DNA of 64,000 nucleotides from a virus (lineage: Duplodnaviria > Caudoviricetes): positions 25,174-89,173 of the IMG/VR virus record IMGVR_UViG_3300021400_000621; one strand, given 5' to 3'. A program made the translations under genes and the position numbers. Position 1 is the first letter of the stretch. Each line of letters begins with the position of its first letter. Below, one piece after another: positions 19,530-27,977 of this stretch. Below the pieces are notes generated by a model. It did not search any database. It was not told where the DNA came from and saw only the letters and a list, made by a program, of their open reading frames with translations.

Positions 19530-19554
19530 TATCTATTATTCCACTAAATAATAA
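19530..19554 (+). repeat. Putative recombination site E (TATCTATTATTCCACTAAATAATAA)
   Basis: 21 of 25 nt identical to site F; core at 19545-19554; inverted relative to the core inside gene 19955-20782. Confidence 0.78.
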
Positions 19555-19942
19555 GACTCTCGACTACAATCATATTCCTTATGAATCCTTGGTATGGGGA
19601 AGTAGTTATTACTATACTGTGGGAAGTGCTTCAGTAAAGCAGGTTTACAATTTATTTTTAATTAATTTTATATTAACTATATCCCGTGAAATAGTAGATT
19701 TTTCTACCGTACAATTACTTAGATTACCAACACACAGATTAAGTGGACCACAATTTTCTACTGTAATGGCTTATAGTAGTAGCAGTGGAACTGCTCCTAG
19801 TGTTTATCCATATGGTGGATCTGAACTGGCAGCAGGAGGCAGGACTTATTTAGCTCAATCTATAATGTATCATGTATATTCTGGATATAAACTTGGAATG
19901 ATGTGTATTATAGTTGGAGAGCCTGGATACGGATGGGATTAA
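19547..19942 (+). other. Silent C-terminal cassette E (131 aa, NNKTLDYNHIPY...GYGWD)
   Basis: Core is in frame with ORF-track 19589-19942; tail-to-tail with the C-terminus of fibre gene 1 (12-bp gap). Confidence 0.78.
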
Positions 19943-19954
19943 TTAATTTTATAT

Positions 19955-20782
19955 CTAGTCTTCAATCTGTTTATATAGAAATCTAACAGTAACTTTTTCT
20001 GTTCTTAGTGCAGAAGAATACATTCTGATTGCGATTCCTCCACCTGCAATGTAATCACTATAATCCATAAACCAATTATTATATCTTGGATTAGATGATG
20101 TAACTGATACCATAAGCGGTGTGATACCACCACTTACACCTAACTGACTTGGAGTTACAATTACCACTCTTACTGTATTTGCTTGAAGTGTATAATTTTC
20201 TGTAAACATCGCTAGTCTTACAGTATTAATAGAAAAGTTATTATTTAATGTACTTAATTGCTGAGCGATAGTACTTGTCGCGTCCGGTAGATCCGAAGCA
20301 CTAGCATAACCGACTACATTAGCAAAATAATCATTCAAAGCAGATTGGGAATATGTCTTATAGTCACTAGGACTTGCAACATCCTCAACACTAGATAAAA
20401 ATACGTCTTTAAACTTGTTGTCTACTCTTTTTCTAAACCTATTGAATTTTGTCCACATACTAGATGTAACTTCTGTTGCATTAGTAACACGGACACTGGT
20501 GTCTAATAGTTCAGTTGATGTTTCACTACTAGACGAATCAAAATTCTGTATACCACTTGAAACTGTGGTGTTACCAATGTTACCACCTGATGCAGTAACC
20601 TTGGTGTTGATCTGACTCTGTATTGGTGCGGCGGCGCTTGGTATATCGCCGAGCACAGTCTGGAGATCTTTAGTACTAGAGTCAGACATTTCTACATCTA
20701 CATTTGAAGCATCAGCACCAATGGGTGTTTCTGTACCCCATATGCCGTCCTCAAACTGAGATACTGATTTAATTTTTGACAT
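19955..20782 (-). CDS. Tail-fibre/receptor-binding-like protein 1 (constant about 179 aa plus exchangeable 96-aa C-terminus)
   Basis: AAAGGAGA RBS; N-terminus aligns with 21296-22288 up to QLSTLNNN, then diverges; located in the distal tail region. Confidence 0.78.
   Translation of the reverse strand: MSKIKSVSQFEDGIWGTETPIGADASNVDVEMSDSSTKDLQTVLGDIPSAAAPIQSQINTKVTASGGNIGNTTVSSGIQNFDSSSSETSTELLDTSVRVTNATEVTSSMWTKFNRFRKRVDNKFKDVFLSSVEDVASPSDYKTYSQSALNDYFANVVGYASASDLPDATSTIAQQLSTLNNNFSINTVRLAMFTENYTLQANTVRVVIVTPSQLGVSGGITPLMVSVTSSNPRYNNWFMDYSDYIAGGGIAIRMYSSALRTEKVTVRFLYKQIED
20238..20260 (-). repeat. Putative recombination site G1 inside fibre gene 1 (CAATTAAGTACATTAAATAATAA)
   Basis: 23-nt exact match to 21756-21778; encodes QLSTLNNN. 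Confidence 0.8.
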
Positions 20783-20883
20783 AATTTAATCTCTCCTTTT
20801 GTCTCGCGGCGGTCCCGCCGCAGGATATGTAAGCGGTGCCCGGTGAAAGACACCGCGGAATTGGTTTCATTAAAATTGGGTTT

Positions 20884-20908
20884 CATCTGTTATTTTACTA
20901 AATAATAA
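20884..20908 (+). repeat. Putative recombination site F (CATCTGTTATTTTACTAAATAATAA)
   Basis: Near copy of site E; core at 20899-20908; inverted relative to G2. Confidence 0.78.
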
Positions 20909-21299
20909 AACTTCTAATGCTACAACCTCTAAAGCAGGATTAATGTCTGCTGCTGATAAAACTAAACTTAATGTAGTAAATTCTGATTATAAAACTGCTT
21001 ATAAAGAAGTATACATTGCAGCTAATAATTCTGGAAATTTAGCACAATTATCATTAACAGCTGGCATATGGCTAATAATAGGATTTGTAGATTTTAATGC
21101 TACTGTAAATCAATATAATGTATCCATAACTGGACCTAATAATTTTTTACATACTGTTAGAGCTTGGGGAGCGAATGGAGGCGGAACTAATAATGTAATA
21201 GTACATAGAGTGACAGCAGGAACCTTTACATTAGTTTGTTGGACACCAACTGCTGCAACTGCCAGAGGTACTATGTATGCTATTAAATTAGCTAGCTAA
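20901..21299 (+). other. Silent C-terminal cassette F (132 aa, NNKTSNATTSKAGLMSAADKTKLN...)
   Basis: Core is in frame with ORF-track 20943-21299; in-frame stop at 20871 upstream; contains the phage tail-fibre repeat AT...GLMS..DK.KL; overlaps the fibre gene 2 stop by 4 bp. Confidence 0.82.
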
Positions 21300-22288
21300 T
21301 TATATATATAAAAACCACTTGCTTTTAACCATCCCCAATAATCACTGGCACTTGTAGTTTTGCCACTTTTAGTGACAAAAAATACTCTACTAGCTCCAGA
21401 GGTATTTGTTAGTCTAAATTGTGGACTTGTAGTAGAATAAACATCTTCTATAATTCCTCTACCGGAATCATGATAAGCAGTCCCCAAACTAGTAGTAGTT
21501 ACTAACATTGTACATTCTCCTATAGTAATACCTCCAGTTGCAATAGAAGAATATGATGGTTGAGGGTTAGGCATTGTGCAATTAGCATATTCTCCAGCTT
21601 CTGAAACATGTGCTTTAATAGTTATGCTCCATAATATTAATTTTGCTGCCGGAAACCAAATATAATTACCATAACGATAGTCATAACTTGCTGACATTGA
21701 ACGATTTTTTGTCCCGGCCATTAAAACAGGAACATATGTACTATTAATCGGTATATTATTATTTAATGTACTTAATTGGTCTGCTACTGAACCAACAGTA
21801 GCTACGTCCGCATCTGTTTTATATCCAATTACATCAGCAAAATAACTATTCAATGCTGCTTGAGAGTACGTTTTAGTATCACTTGGCTCAAGCACATCCT
21901 CAACAGAACTAATTAAAAAGTTACTAAATTTATTTGAAACCCTTTTTCTAAACATATTAAATTTTGACCACATAGTAGTCTGACTTTCACCTGCCGCAAC
22001 TACTACGTCTGTGCCGTCAATATCCTCTGATGTGTCTGTCTCTGAAGCAGGATCAAGGACACTGACCACAGTATCTTTTATATCTCCACCGCTGGCATTT
22101 ACTTTACCAGTCAGTTGTGTTTTCATACTAGGATCGGAAACTGAAACATTACCAAGTACTGATTGTAAATCTTTAGTAGAAGTAGAATCACTTAAAGCTA
22201 CATCTACATTACTTGCATCAGCACCAATAGGAGTTCCATTTGCCCAGCTTCCGTTATTATATTCATAAACTTCTTTAATTTTTGGCAT
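21296..22288 (-). CDS. Tail-fibre/receptor-binding-like protein 2 (constant about 175 aa plus exchangeable 155-aa C-terminus)
   Basis: GAGGAGG RBS; paralog of 19955-20782 (TPIGADASNVDV, MW.KFN.FRKRV.NKF, KTYSQ.ALN.YFA). Confidence 0.78.
   Translation of the reverse strand: MPKIKEVYEYNNGSWANGTPIGADASNVDVALSDSTSTKDLQSVLGNVSVSDPSMKTQLTGKVNASGGDIKDTVVSVLDPASETDTSEDIDGTDVVVAAGESQTTMWSKFNMFRKRVSNKFSNFLISSVEDVLEPSDTKTYSQAALNSYFADVIGYKTDADVATVGSVADQLSTLNNNIPINSTYVPVLMAGTKNRSMSASYDYRYGNYIWFPAAKLILWSITIKAHVSEAGEYANCTMPNPQPSYSSIATGGITIGECTMLVTTTSLGTAYHDSGRGIIEDVYSTTSPQFRLTNTSGASRVFFVTKSGKTTSASDYWGWLKASGFYIYN
21756..21778 (-). repeat. Putative recombination site G2 inside fibre gene 2
   Basis: Identical 23-mer to G1; core at 21756-21765. 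Confidence 0.8.
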
Positions 22289-22300
22289 TTAATGGCCTCC

Positions 22301-23554
22301 TCATCTTAATTCTAAGTAACCGTTTTCACCTGCATGGGCTTTAGCACCAGTCACATCAGTTGCATCATAATTAGGTAATAATTCATCATCAGTAAATACA
22401 TCAGTAGCAGTACTAATCTTACTAACGTCCCAAAGACTTGAAATATAAATATGCTCTAAACTAGAACAACCACTAAATAAATCATTAGCACTAACTGAAG
22501 TTGCATCAAATTTAAATTCCCAACTACGTAAATCTAACGATACCAGACTAGTACAATCAGCAAACATACCTTCAACAGTGGTAGCTGCAATAGGCATTAT
22601 TGTAGCTAAACTTAATGCGGTAAGTGCATTACAACCACTAAACATTTGATACATATCTGCAACTCTGCTTGTATTAAAACTTGTTAAATCAAAAGAAGTA
22701 CAAGCACGGCAAGTATAAAACATTCGTCTCATTGTAGTTACTTTAGATGTATCAAAACTGGTTAAACTCAGTGATGTTAAACTAGTACATAAGTTAAACA
22801 TTAATGCCATTGATGTAGCATTACTAGTAATAAAATTACCTAATGTTAATGTAGCTAAATCATAACATTCACTAAACATACCTGCAAATGTAATTACATT
22901 ACTTGTATCAAACATAGATACATCAAGAGAGGCTAAAGTCATACAAGAATCAAACATATATGACATATTTGTTACTGCGGCGGTGTTGAAATTTGTTAAC
23001 ACACAATTATATAGTGCAGTACATCCACTAAACATATATGACATATCAGTTACTGCGGCGGTATTATGAGCCGTCATGATAACTGAACCCAGTGCTGCAC
23101 AACCTTTAAACATATGTGCAAAACTAGTACATTTTGATGTATCTAATCTATCTAAATTATTAATGGCAGTCAGATTCTCACATCCATCAAACCAATATGC
23201 TGTAGATACTGGTTGAATCTCACCCATAAAGTTTACAGTTGTAATATTGGCAACACGACTAGTCCATGGGATGTCCGTAGATGCGGCCGCCGCAATACTT
23301 TCAACTCCTTTATAATAAGTCTTCGAACCAACGACTTGACCATTATTATATTTATTCTTTTCTAATCTAATAAAATTTAAACTTGTATCTGAAGTATCAT
23401 AATAAGCATATGCTTCAGTATCTACATATGCATCATCACTTATCTTAAAACAAGTAGTACCATCTGATTTGGTAGTATAATCATTCAAAGAACCTTTATA
23501 ATAGTGTCTATTTAAAAGTTCATTTACTTTTGCAATATCTGAACTTATACTCAT
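22301..23554 (-). CDS. BspA-like / DUF285 leucine-rich-repeat protein
   Basis: About 8-9 tandem 26-aa repeats such as AAVTNMSYMFDSCMTLASLDVSMFDT. Confidence 0.85.
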   Translation of the reverse strand: MSISSDIAKVNELLNRHYYKGSLNDYTTKSDGTTCFKISDDAYVDTEAYAYYDTSDTSLNFIRLEKNKYNNGQVVGSKTYYKGVESIAAAASTDIPWTSRVANITTVNFMGEIQPVSTAYWFDGCENLTAINNLDRLDTSKCTSFAHMFKGCAALGSVIMTAHNTAAVTDMSYMFSGCTALYNCVLTNFNTAAVTNMSYMFDSCMTLASLDVSMFDTSNVITFAGMFSECYDLATLTLGNFITSNATSMALMFNLCTSLTSLSLTSFDTSKVTTMRRMFYTCRACTSFDLTSFNTSRVADMYQMFSGCNALTALSLATIMPIAATTVEGMFADCTSLVSLDLRSWEFKFDATSVSANDLFSGCSSLEHIYISSLWDVSKISTATDVFTDDELLPNYDATDVTGAKAHAGENGYLELR

Positions 23555-23567
23555 AAAGGCCTCCTTT

Positions 23568-23756
23568 CTAATCTGCTACTACAAACCAAAGAGCACCTTC
23601 TCCCGATACTACCGTAGTATCAGGACTACGTGTATCGCCTGCCTCTGCGGCCGCAATAACTAAATTTCTTTTATCTAAATAATCTATATTAGCTTCAAGG
23701 CTATGAATGTTAGATAACTCATTCTTAACCCAAACAGCTTCAGGCCATGCACTCAT
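23568..23756 (-). CDS. Small hypothetical tail-region protein
   Basis: 62 aa, coupled to the upstream gene (ATGA overlap) with GGAGG RBS. Confidence 0.65.
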   Translation of the reverse strand: MSAWPEAVWVKNELSNIHSLEANIDYLDKRNLVIAAAEAGDTRSPDTTVVSGEGALWFVVAD

Positions 23757-24130
23757 GCTATTACCTCCCTAATAATTGTTCCTGTACTTTGATCTATTGT
23801 TGTTGTCTTAGTCTTCAAAGTAGTCTGAGAACTAGTTGTTCCATAAGACAGCACCGCAGTAATAGTAGTCAGCGTATCACTAGTCTCGGTAATAGTTGTA
23901 ACCATCTTATAGAAGTTTCCACTAGGAGCTGCGTTAGCATCATAATGTTCAGTAATAACAATACTCGCGCCACTGTCATCAATACTTACATAGTGAGGAG
24001 TACCAATTTTTACTTCATATTCGAGATTGAGTCCACTAGCCATATCTACAAGCTGTCCATCTGTACCAAAAGGCATAAATGCACTATAAGATGAACCTTG
24101 TTTTTCATGTAGACCTTTTATTCTATCCAT
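23753..24130 (-). CDS. Hypothetical tail-region protein
   Basis: 125 aa, AAGGAG RBS, Thr-rich. Confidence 0.7.
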   Translation of the reverse strand: MDRIKGLHEKQGSSYSAFMPFGTDGQLVDMASGLNLEYEVKIGTPHYVSIDDSGASIVITEHYDANAAPSGNFYKMVTTITETSDTLTTITAVLSYGTTSSQTTLKTKTTTIDQSTGTIIREVIA

Positions 24131-24151
24131 AATGACTCCTTTTAATCTCCA

Positions 24152-24511
24152 TTAATTTACTTCTGTATAAATTGTATAATCAATTAAAACACTTGGCGGC
24201 GCGCCATCAGGAAACTCTATACTAGTTAAATTCACGCAATCATCTGATTCGTACATATTAGTTACGCCAAACCAAATCGTTTTATTCTCTGTATCCCCAT
24301 TAATCACCATTCTAAAACGATGATTTAATGTAGGATTACTACCTTGCGTCCAAGTTTCAAATATCATATCATCTTTCTCTGCTACGACTACTCCAAACTT
24401 AACAACCACAGAGCTGCCGCCGCTTGGAATAATAGATGCAATGGCATTTTCACCTGGACTAAAAGGACCAGTTATCTGGCCAAAAATTCCACTTGATACA
24501 TATTCTGCCAT
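24152..24511 (-). CDS. Hypothetical tail-region protein
   Basis: 119 aa, AAAGGA RBS. Confidence 0.7.
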   Translation of the reverse strand: MAEYVSSGIFGQITGPFSPGENAIASIIPSGGSSVVVKFGVVVAEKDDMIFETWTQGSNPTLNHRFRMVINGDTENKTIWFGVTNMYESDDCVNLTSIEFPDGAPPSVLIDYTIYTEVN

Positions 24512-24538
24512 AATAAAATCCTTTCTAGAATAGAAGAA

Positions 24539-24566
24539 AAAACGCTATAAAAAATTATAGCGTTTT
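24539..24566 (-). terminator. Hairpin terminator after 24591-27170
   Basis: 12-bp stem AAAACGCTATAA/TTATAGCGTTTT with AAAA loop. Confidence 0.65.
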
Positions 24567-24590
24567 GACCATTCTTCTATTATCTATAAA

Positions 24591-27170
24591 CTAAAGTGCA
24601 TCTTCCGCAACAGGAATATTAACTATTTTAAACCAAAAACCTTTGTTTTGTAAGTTCGCAGCTTTATTTGTATCTACTGGTGTGCCATTCGCATTAGCAT
24701 AATCTTTAATTACAGCTTGTGAAGGGTCAATTCCGGAAGTTTCAAATGAACTGATAGCATACCAGTTATTTTGTGCTACACTTGCCGCAGGTGAAGTAAT
24801 ATTACCTTGACTATCAAATACAAAGTGAGCATTAACATTATTATAATCATAACCATAGATAGTTAATGTTGTACTTGTACTTATATCACCGACAGAAGTA
24901 ACCCAACCTAAAGCATGCGTTTCTGTTGGATTAACCGTACCATCTGCGTTATAACCAAAACCATAAGGTTTTTGTGCTTTTAATATTGCTTCAGTAGTAA
25001 AGTTACCAAACAGGTGATTAGATGTAAAGATACTACCCATTGTAGTCCATTTAAACTGACCACCAGTAGTTCTTGAAGTACCTGTATCATCCTGCTCATA
25101 GGTCCAGTATACACCATCTTTAATTCTTAATTCTTCAAGAGTAGGCTCAAGTAACTGATAATTACCAGTTGTTAATCCTTGTCTATATACTGGGTCACTA
25201 TATAAAATTACTAATGTATCACCTACATTTCTAATGGCTACGATACTATTAACAGGTGTTTCACTTATCTGAATATCTGTTGAACTCTCACCATCTGGAA
25301 TAACATCATATTTATTATACCAATAACTTACTTCGTCAAGTTTATTTTCATTGCTTATATAAGTATCAACAACATTAGCAACTTGAAGAGGTAATGTTTT
25401 AGTATCTCTAACACCAGCAATTTCTGTTTCAGTATTATATTGTAATACAAAGTGTTGGTCGCTATTAAAGTAAACATCCTCAACTACTTGTAATCTACCA
25501 ACTGTTTGTCTTGGCAAATCAGATGTTCCAGAAGTATAATAAGCATATACGTTACCGTCACTTTCTAACCTAATATGTGAAACAGTAGGAATAGCAATAG
25601 ACTCAGTAACATTAGCACTTGTTTCTGGATGCTCTGGATCAACAAGAGTGTAATAAGTAACAACTAAATAACTGCGTTCTGCTTGATCTATAACAGAAAT
25701 ATCTGGAGTAATTTGCTTAACTACTTTCAAGCGGCCAAGCGAAATGTAATCCCCCACAGTTCCAGTTTCTTTATTATTCTGGTCACTGCTATAATCTCTT
25801 AACCTGTAACGCAGTTCAAAATCATTTGTTACATCACAATTCTCAAAATCAATACCATGTATTCCTCTTGGAATAAACATTTGATAATCTTTATAGAAAG
25901 GATGACCTTGAGAATCTGCATATTCACGCATTATATTGGTGTAGTTATATCCACCCTCACCATCTGATTTAGCTGCCCAAATTTCAGTCTTAACAAAACC
26001 AGGGTCATCTATATAAGTAACAGGATATACTGTATTATCAATTATCTTTCTTGTTTCATCCCAAAGATAATAGTCATCACCAACTTTATAATAAGCCTTT
26101 GGATTAGCTGGCTTAGTGCTAGGAAGAGTAGCAACTTCAATTACATCTGGTCCATAGGCTGACACTGATTCGACAGTATAGTTAAATACTGTATAAGGAA
26201 AATCAAATCCTATCTTTACTCCAACAATATTGCCTTGAGCATCACGAAGATTACAATAGCCATACTGAACGTCATCATAGTAACCTTCATCTTCTACATA
26301 ACCAGCTTGTCTTGAAGCACGTAACTCACCTTTTGAAGCATCTACATTGTCACCATGAACATATTCATCTATGAAGCTAGTCCAATCAATTAATTCAACC
26401 TCAGGTGAATCTCCTTCAGGACCAACTATTTGCCCTACGTAAACAGCACCGCCGCCAGGGTTCAGAACAAACTCGCCCCATACTTTTGCAAATATAGTTA
26501 AAGGCGCATCATCTTTGTCTTTTAAAGCAGTTATTGCGGCGTTGGTATCTCCCGTGTTATCAACCAGAACATAACTGTAGTGTGTATACTTAGGTACATA
26601 TCCAGTCCATGATAAAGCACTACCGCCGCTTTCACCCGGATCAGTATCAGTATACTTTACACCAGCTTCACCATAGAGAGTAACTATCTCTCTATCATCT
26701 TCTCTTTTTAAATCTTTGAATCTAACATCTGCTGCTAAAACACCATCAACATTACTAATTTTATATTCATAGTGTTTATATTTCGGCACTTGAGCTGTTA
26801 CGCGGTAACTACCTGTAGTAGGTGCATCATAATCTTCATATACAATATCTAGTGCCGCCGCAATCAGTGTTACACTTTCTGTATCATTTTCAGTAATAGT
26901 ATTATTATCATTAACATAATAGCCTTCAATTGGCTGTCTGTTAAAAGGTTCATTATAATTTAAACCTCTTCTGAATATAATACCATTCTCTCTATTGTAC
27001 TTTTCATTTTTATTAACAAGTGTATCTATAATGACATACTCATTATAATTAGCATCCACATAAGACCCGCCTTTTTGGAAGAGGTCAACCATGTCTTTAA
27101 TGCTATCATAGTGAGCCACTAGGTCATAAGTACGTCCTTGTTTTCCACCATAGAAGCTATACATACTCAT
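24591..27170 (-). CDS. Large hypothetical tail/baseplate-region protein
   Basis: 859-aa ORF in the distal tail gene block; no family recognised. Confidence 0.7.
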   Translation of the reverse strand: MSMYSFYGGKQGRTYDLVAHYDSIKDMVDLFQKGGSYVDANYNEYVIIDTLVNKNEKYNRENGIIFRRGLNYNEPFNRQPIEGYYVNDNNTITENDTESVTLIAAALDIVYEDYDAPTTGSYRVTAQVPKYKHYEYKISNVDGVLAADVRFKDLKREDDREIVTLYGEAGVKYTDTDPGESGGSALSWTGYVPKYTHYSYVLVDNTGDTNAAITALKDKDDAPLTIFAKVWGEFVLNPGGGAVYVGQIVGPEGDSPEVELIDWTSFIDEYVHGDNVDASKGELRASRQAGYVEDEGYYDDVQYGYCNLRDAQGNIVGVKIGFDFPYTVFNYTVESVSAYGPDVIEVATLPSTKPANPKAYYKVGDDYYLWDETRKIIDNTVYPVTYIDDPGFVKTEIWAAKSDGEGGYNYTNIMREYADSQGHPFYKDYQMFIPRGIHGIDFENCDVTNDFELRYRLRDYSSDQNNKETGTVGDYISLGRLKVVKQITPDISVIDQAERSYLVVTYYTLVDPEHPETSANVTESIAIPTVSHIRLESDGNVYAYYTSGTSDLPRQTVGRLQVVEDVYFNSDQHFVLQYNTETEIAGVRDTKTLPLQVANVVDTYISNENKLDEVSYWYNKYDVIPDGESSTDIQISETPVNSIVAIRNVGDTLVILYSDPVYRQGLTTGNYQLLEPTLEELRIKDGVYWTYEQDDTGTSRTTGGQFKWTTMGSIFTSNHLFGNFTTEAILKAQKPYGFGYNADGTVNPTETHALGWVTSVGDISTSTTLTIYGYDYNNVNAHFVFDSQGNITSPAASVAQNNWYAISSFETSGIDPSQAVIKDYANANGTPVDTNKAANLQNKGFWFKIVNIPVAEDAL

Positions 27171-27188
27171 TATCTAATCTTAACCTCC

Positions 27189-27965
27189 TTAAACCGTATA
27201 AGCGTAATCTAAAATGAAATCTTGTATCTTAGTAGTATCATCTCCATTAGGAGCCATTACACCAACAAAACTAATTTGAGTTCCATTATTGATTTCATAT
27301 ACTCCACTACGACCCAATCTGATTGGTTCTCTATTAACACAGAATAATGCTCCTGGTCTAGATTGTATTCCAATTTTATCTACTGCCGCAACACCAACAT
27401 CTAAAATTGAATTAACAACACATACATCACCATTATCATCAAAATCTAATGTATTATCTGTCGCACCTGGACCATTATATACAAAAGGATTTCTAGCCTG
27501 CACAATATAGTCATAACCAATTCTTCCTAATTTGAAGCATAAATAGTTATAATCTTCATTTGGAGTAAATACTATAGTAAACTCTTTAGTTCTATTATTT
27601 ACTCCTTCTTGATAAGGGCCTAGATTTAATGATTTCTCGATAGTCTGAGTTTTTTCACCGGTATGGCTAGCTTCTCTAGCAGTTCCTCTTTCCTTATACA
27701 AAACAAGAGAAAAATCAAAATTACTAATTTCACCACCATAAGCTGGCTGTAAATTAGAATCTTGTCTAGTCGCAGAGAATCTTAAATAATAAGTAGTTTT
27801 TGCTTTGAACTGCGCTGGATTCGCGGCCGTGCCTAAGTGCAGCGCATAGTCTTCAAAAACTTGACCATTATCATACCAACTAATATAAACTGAAGAACTA
27901 TACTTAGATAGCGGAGAAAGATATGTTCCACTTGCATTTTTTCTTATTTGTCCAATTTGTAACAT
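27189..27965 (-). CDS. Hypothetical tail-region protein
   Basis: 258 aa with AGGAGATAAAAGG upstream. Confidence 0.7.
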   Translation of the reverse strand: MLQIGQIRKNASGTYLSPLSKYSSSVYISWYDNGQVFEDYALHLGTAANPAQFKAKTTYYLRFSATRQDSNLQPAYGGEISNFDFSLVLYKERGTAREASHTGEKTQTIEKSLNLGPYQEGVNNRTKEFTIVFTPNEDYNYLCFKLGRIGYDYIVQARNPFVYNGPGATDNTLDFDDNGDVCVVNSILDVGVAAVDKIGIQSRPGALFCVNREPIRLGRSGVYEINNGTQISFVGVMAPNGDDTTKIQDFILDYAYTV

Positions 27966-27977
27966 CCTTTTATCTCC

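Noticed and set aside
15281-22288. Diversity-generating retroelement as the source of fibre variation
   Set aside because: No reverse transcriptase in the window and no TR/VR pair differing at adenines; the cassettes are unrelated to each other in sequence.
22560-23130. Periodic repeats as a CRISPR-like array (also 59780-60200)
   Set aside because: They are degenerate in-frame coding repeats (BspA 26 aa, CW_7 47 aa) with no unique spacers.
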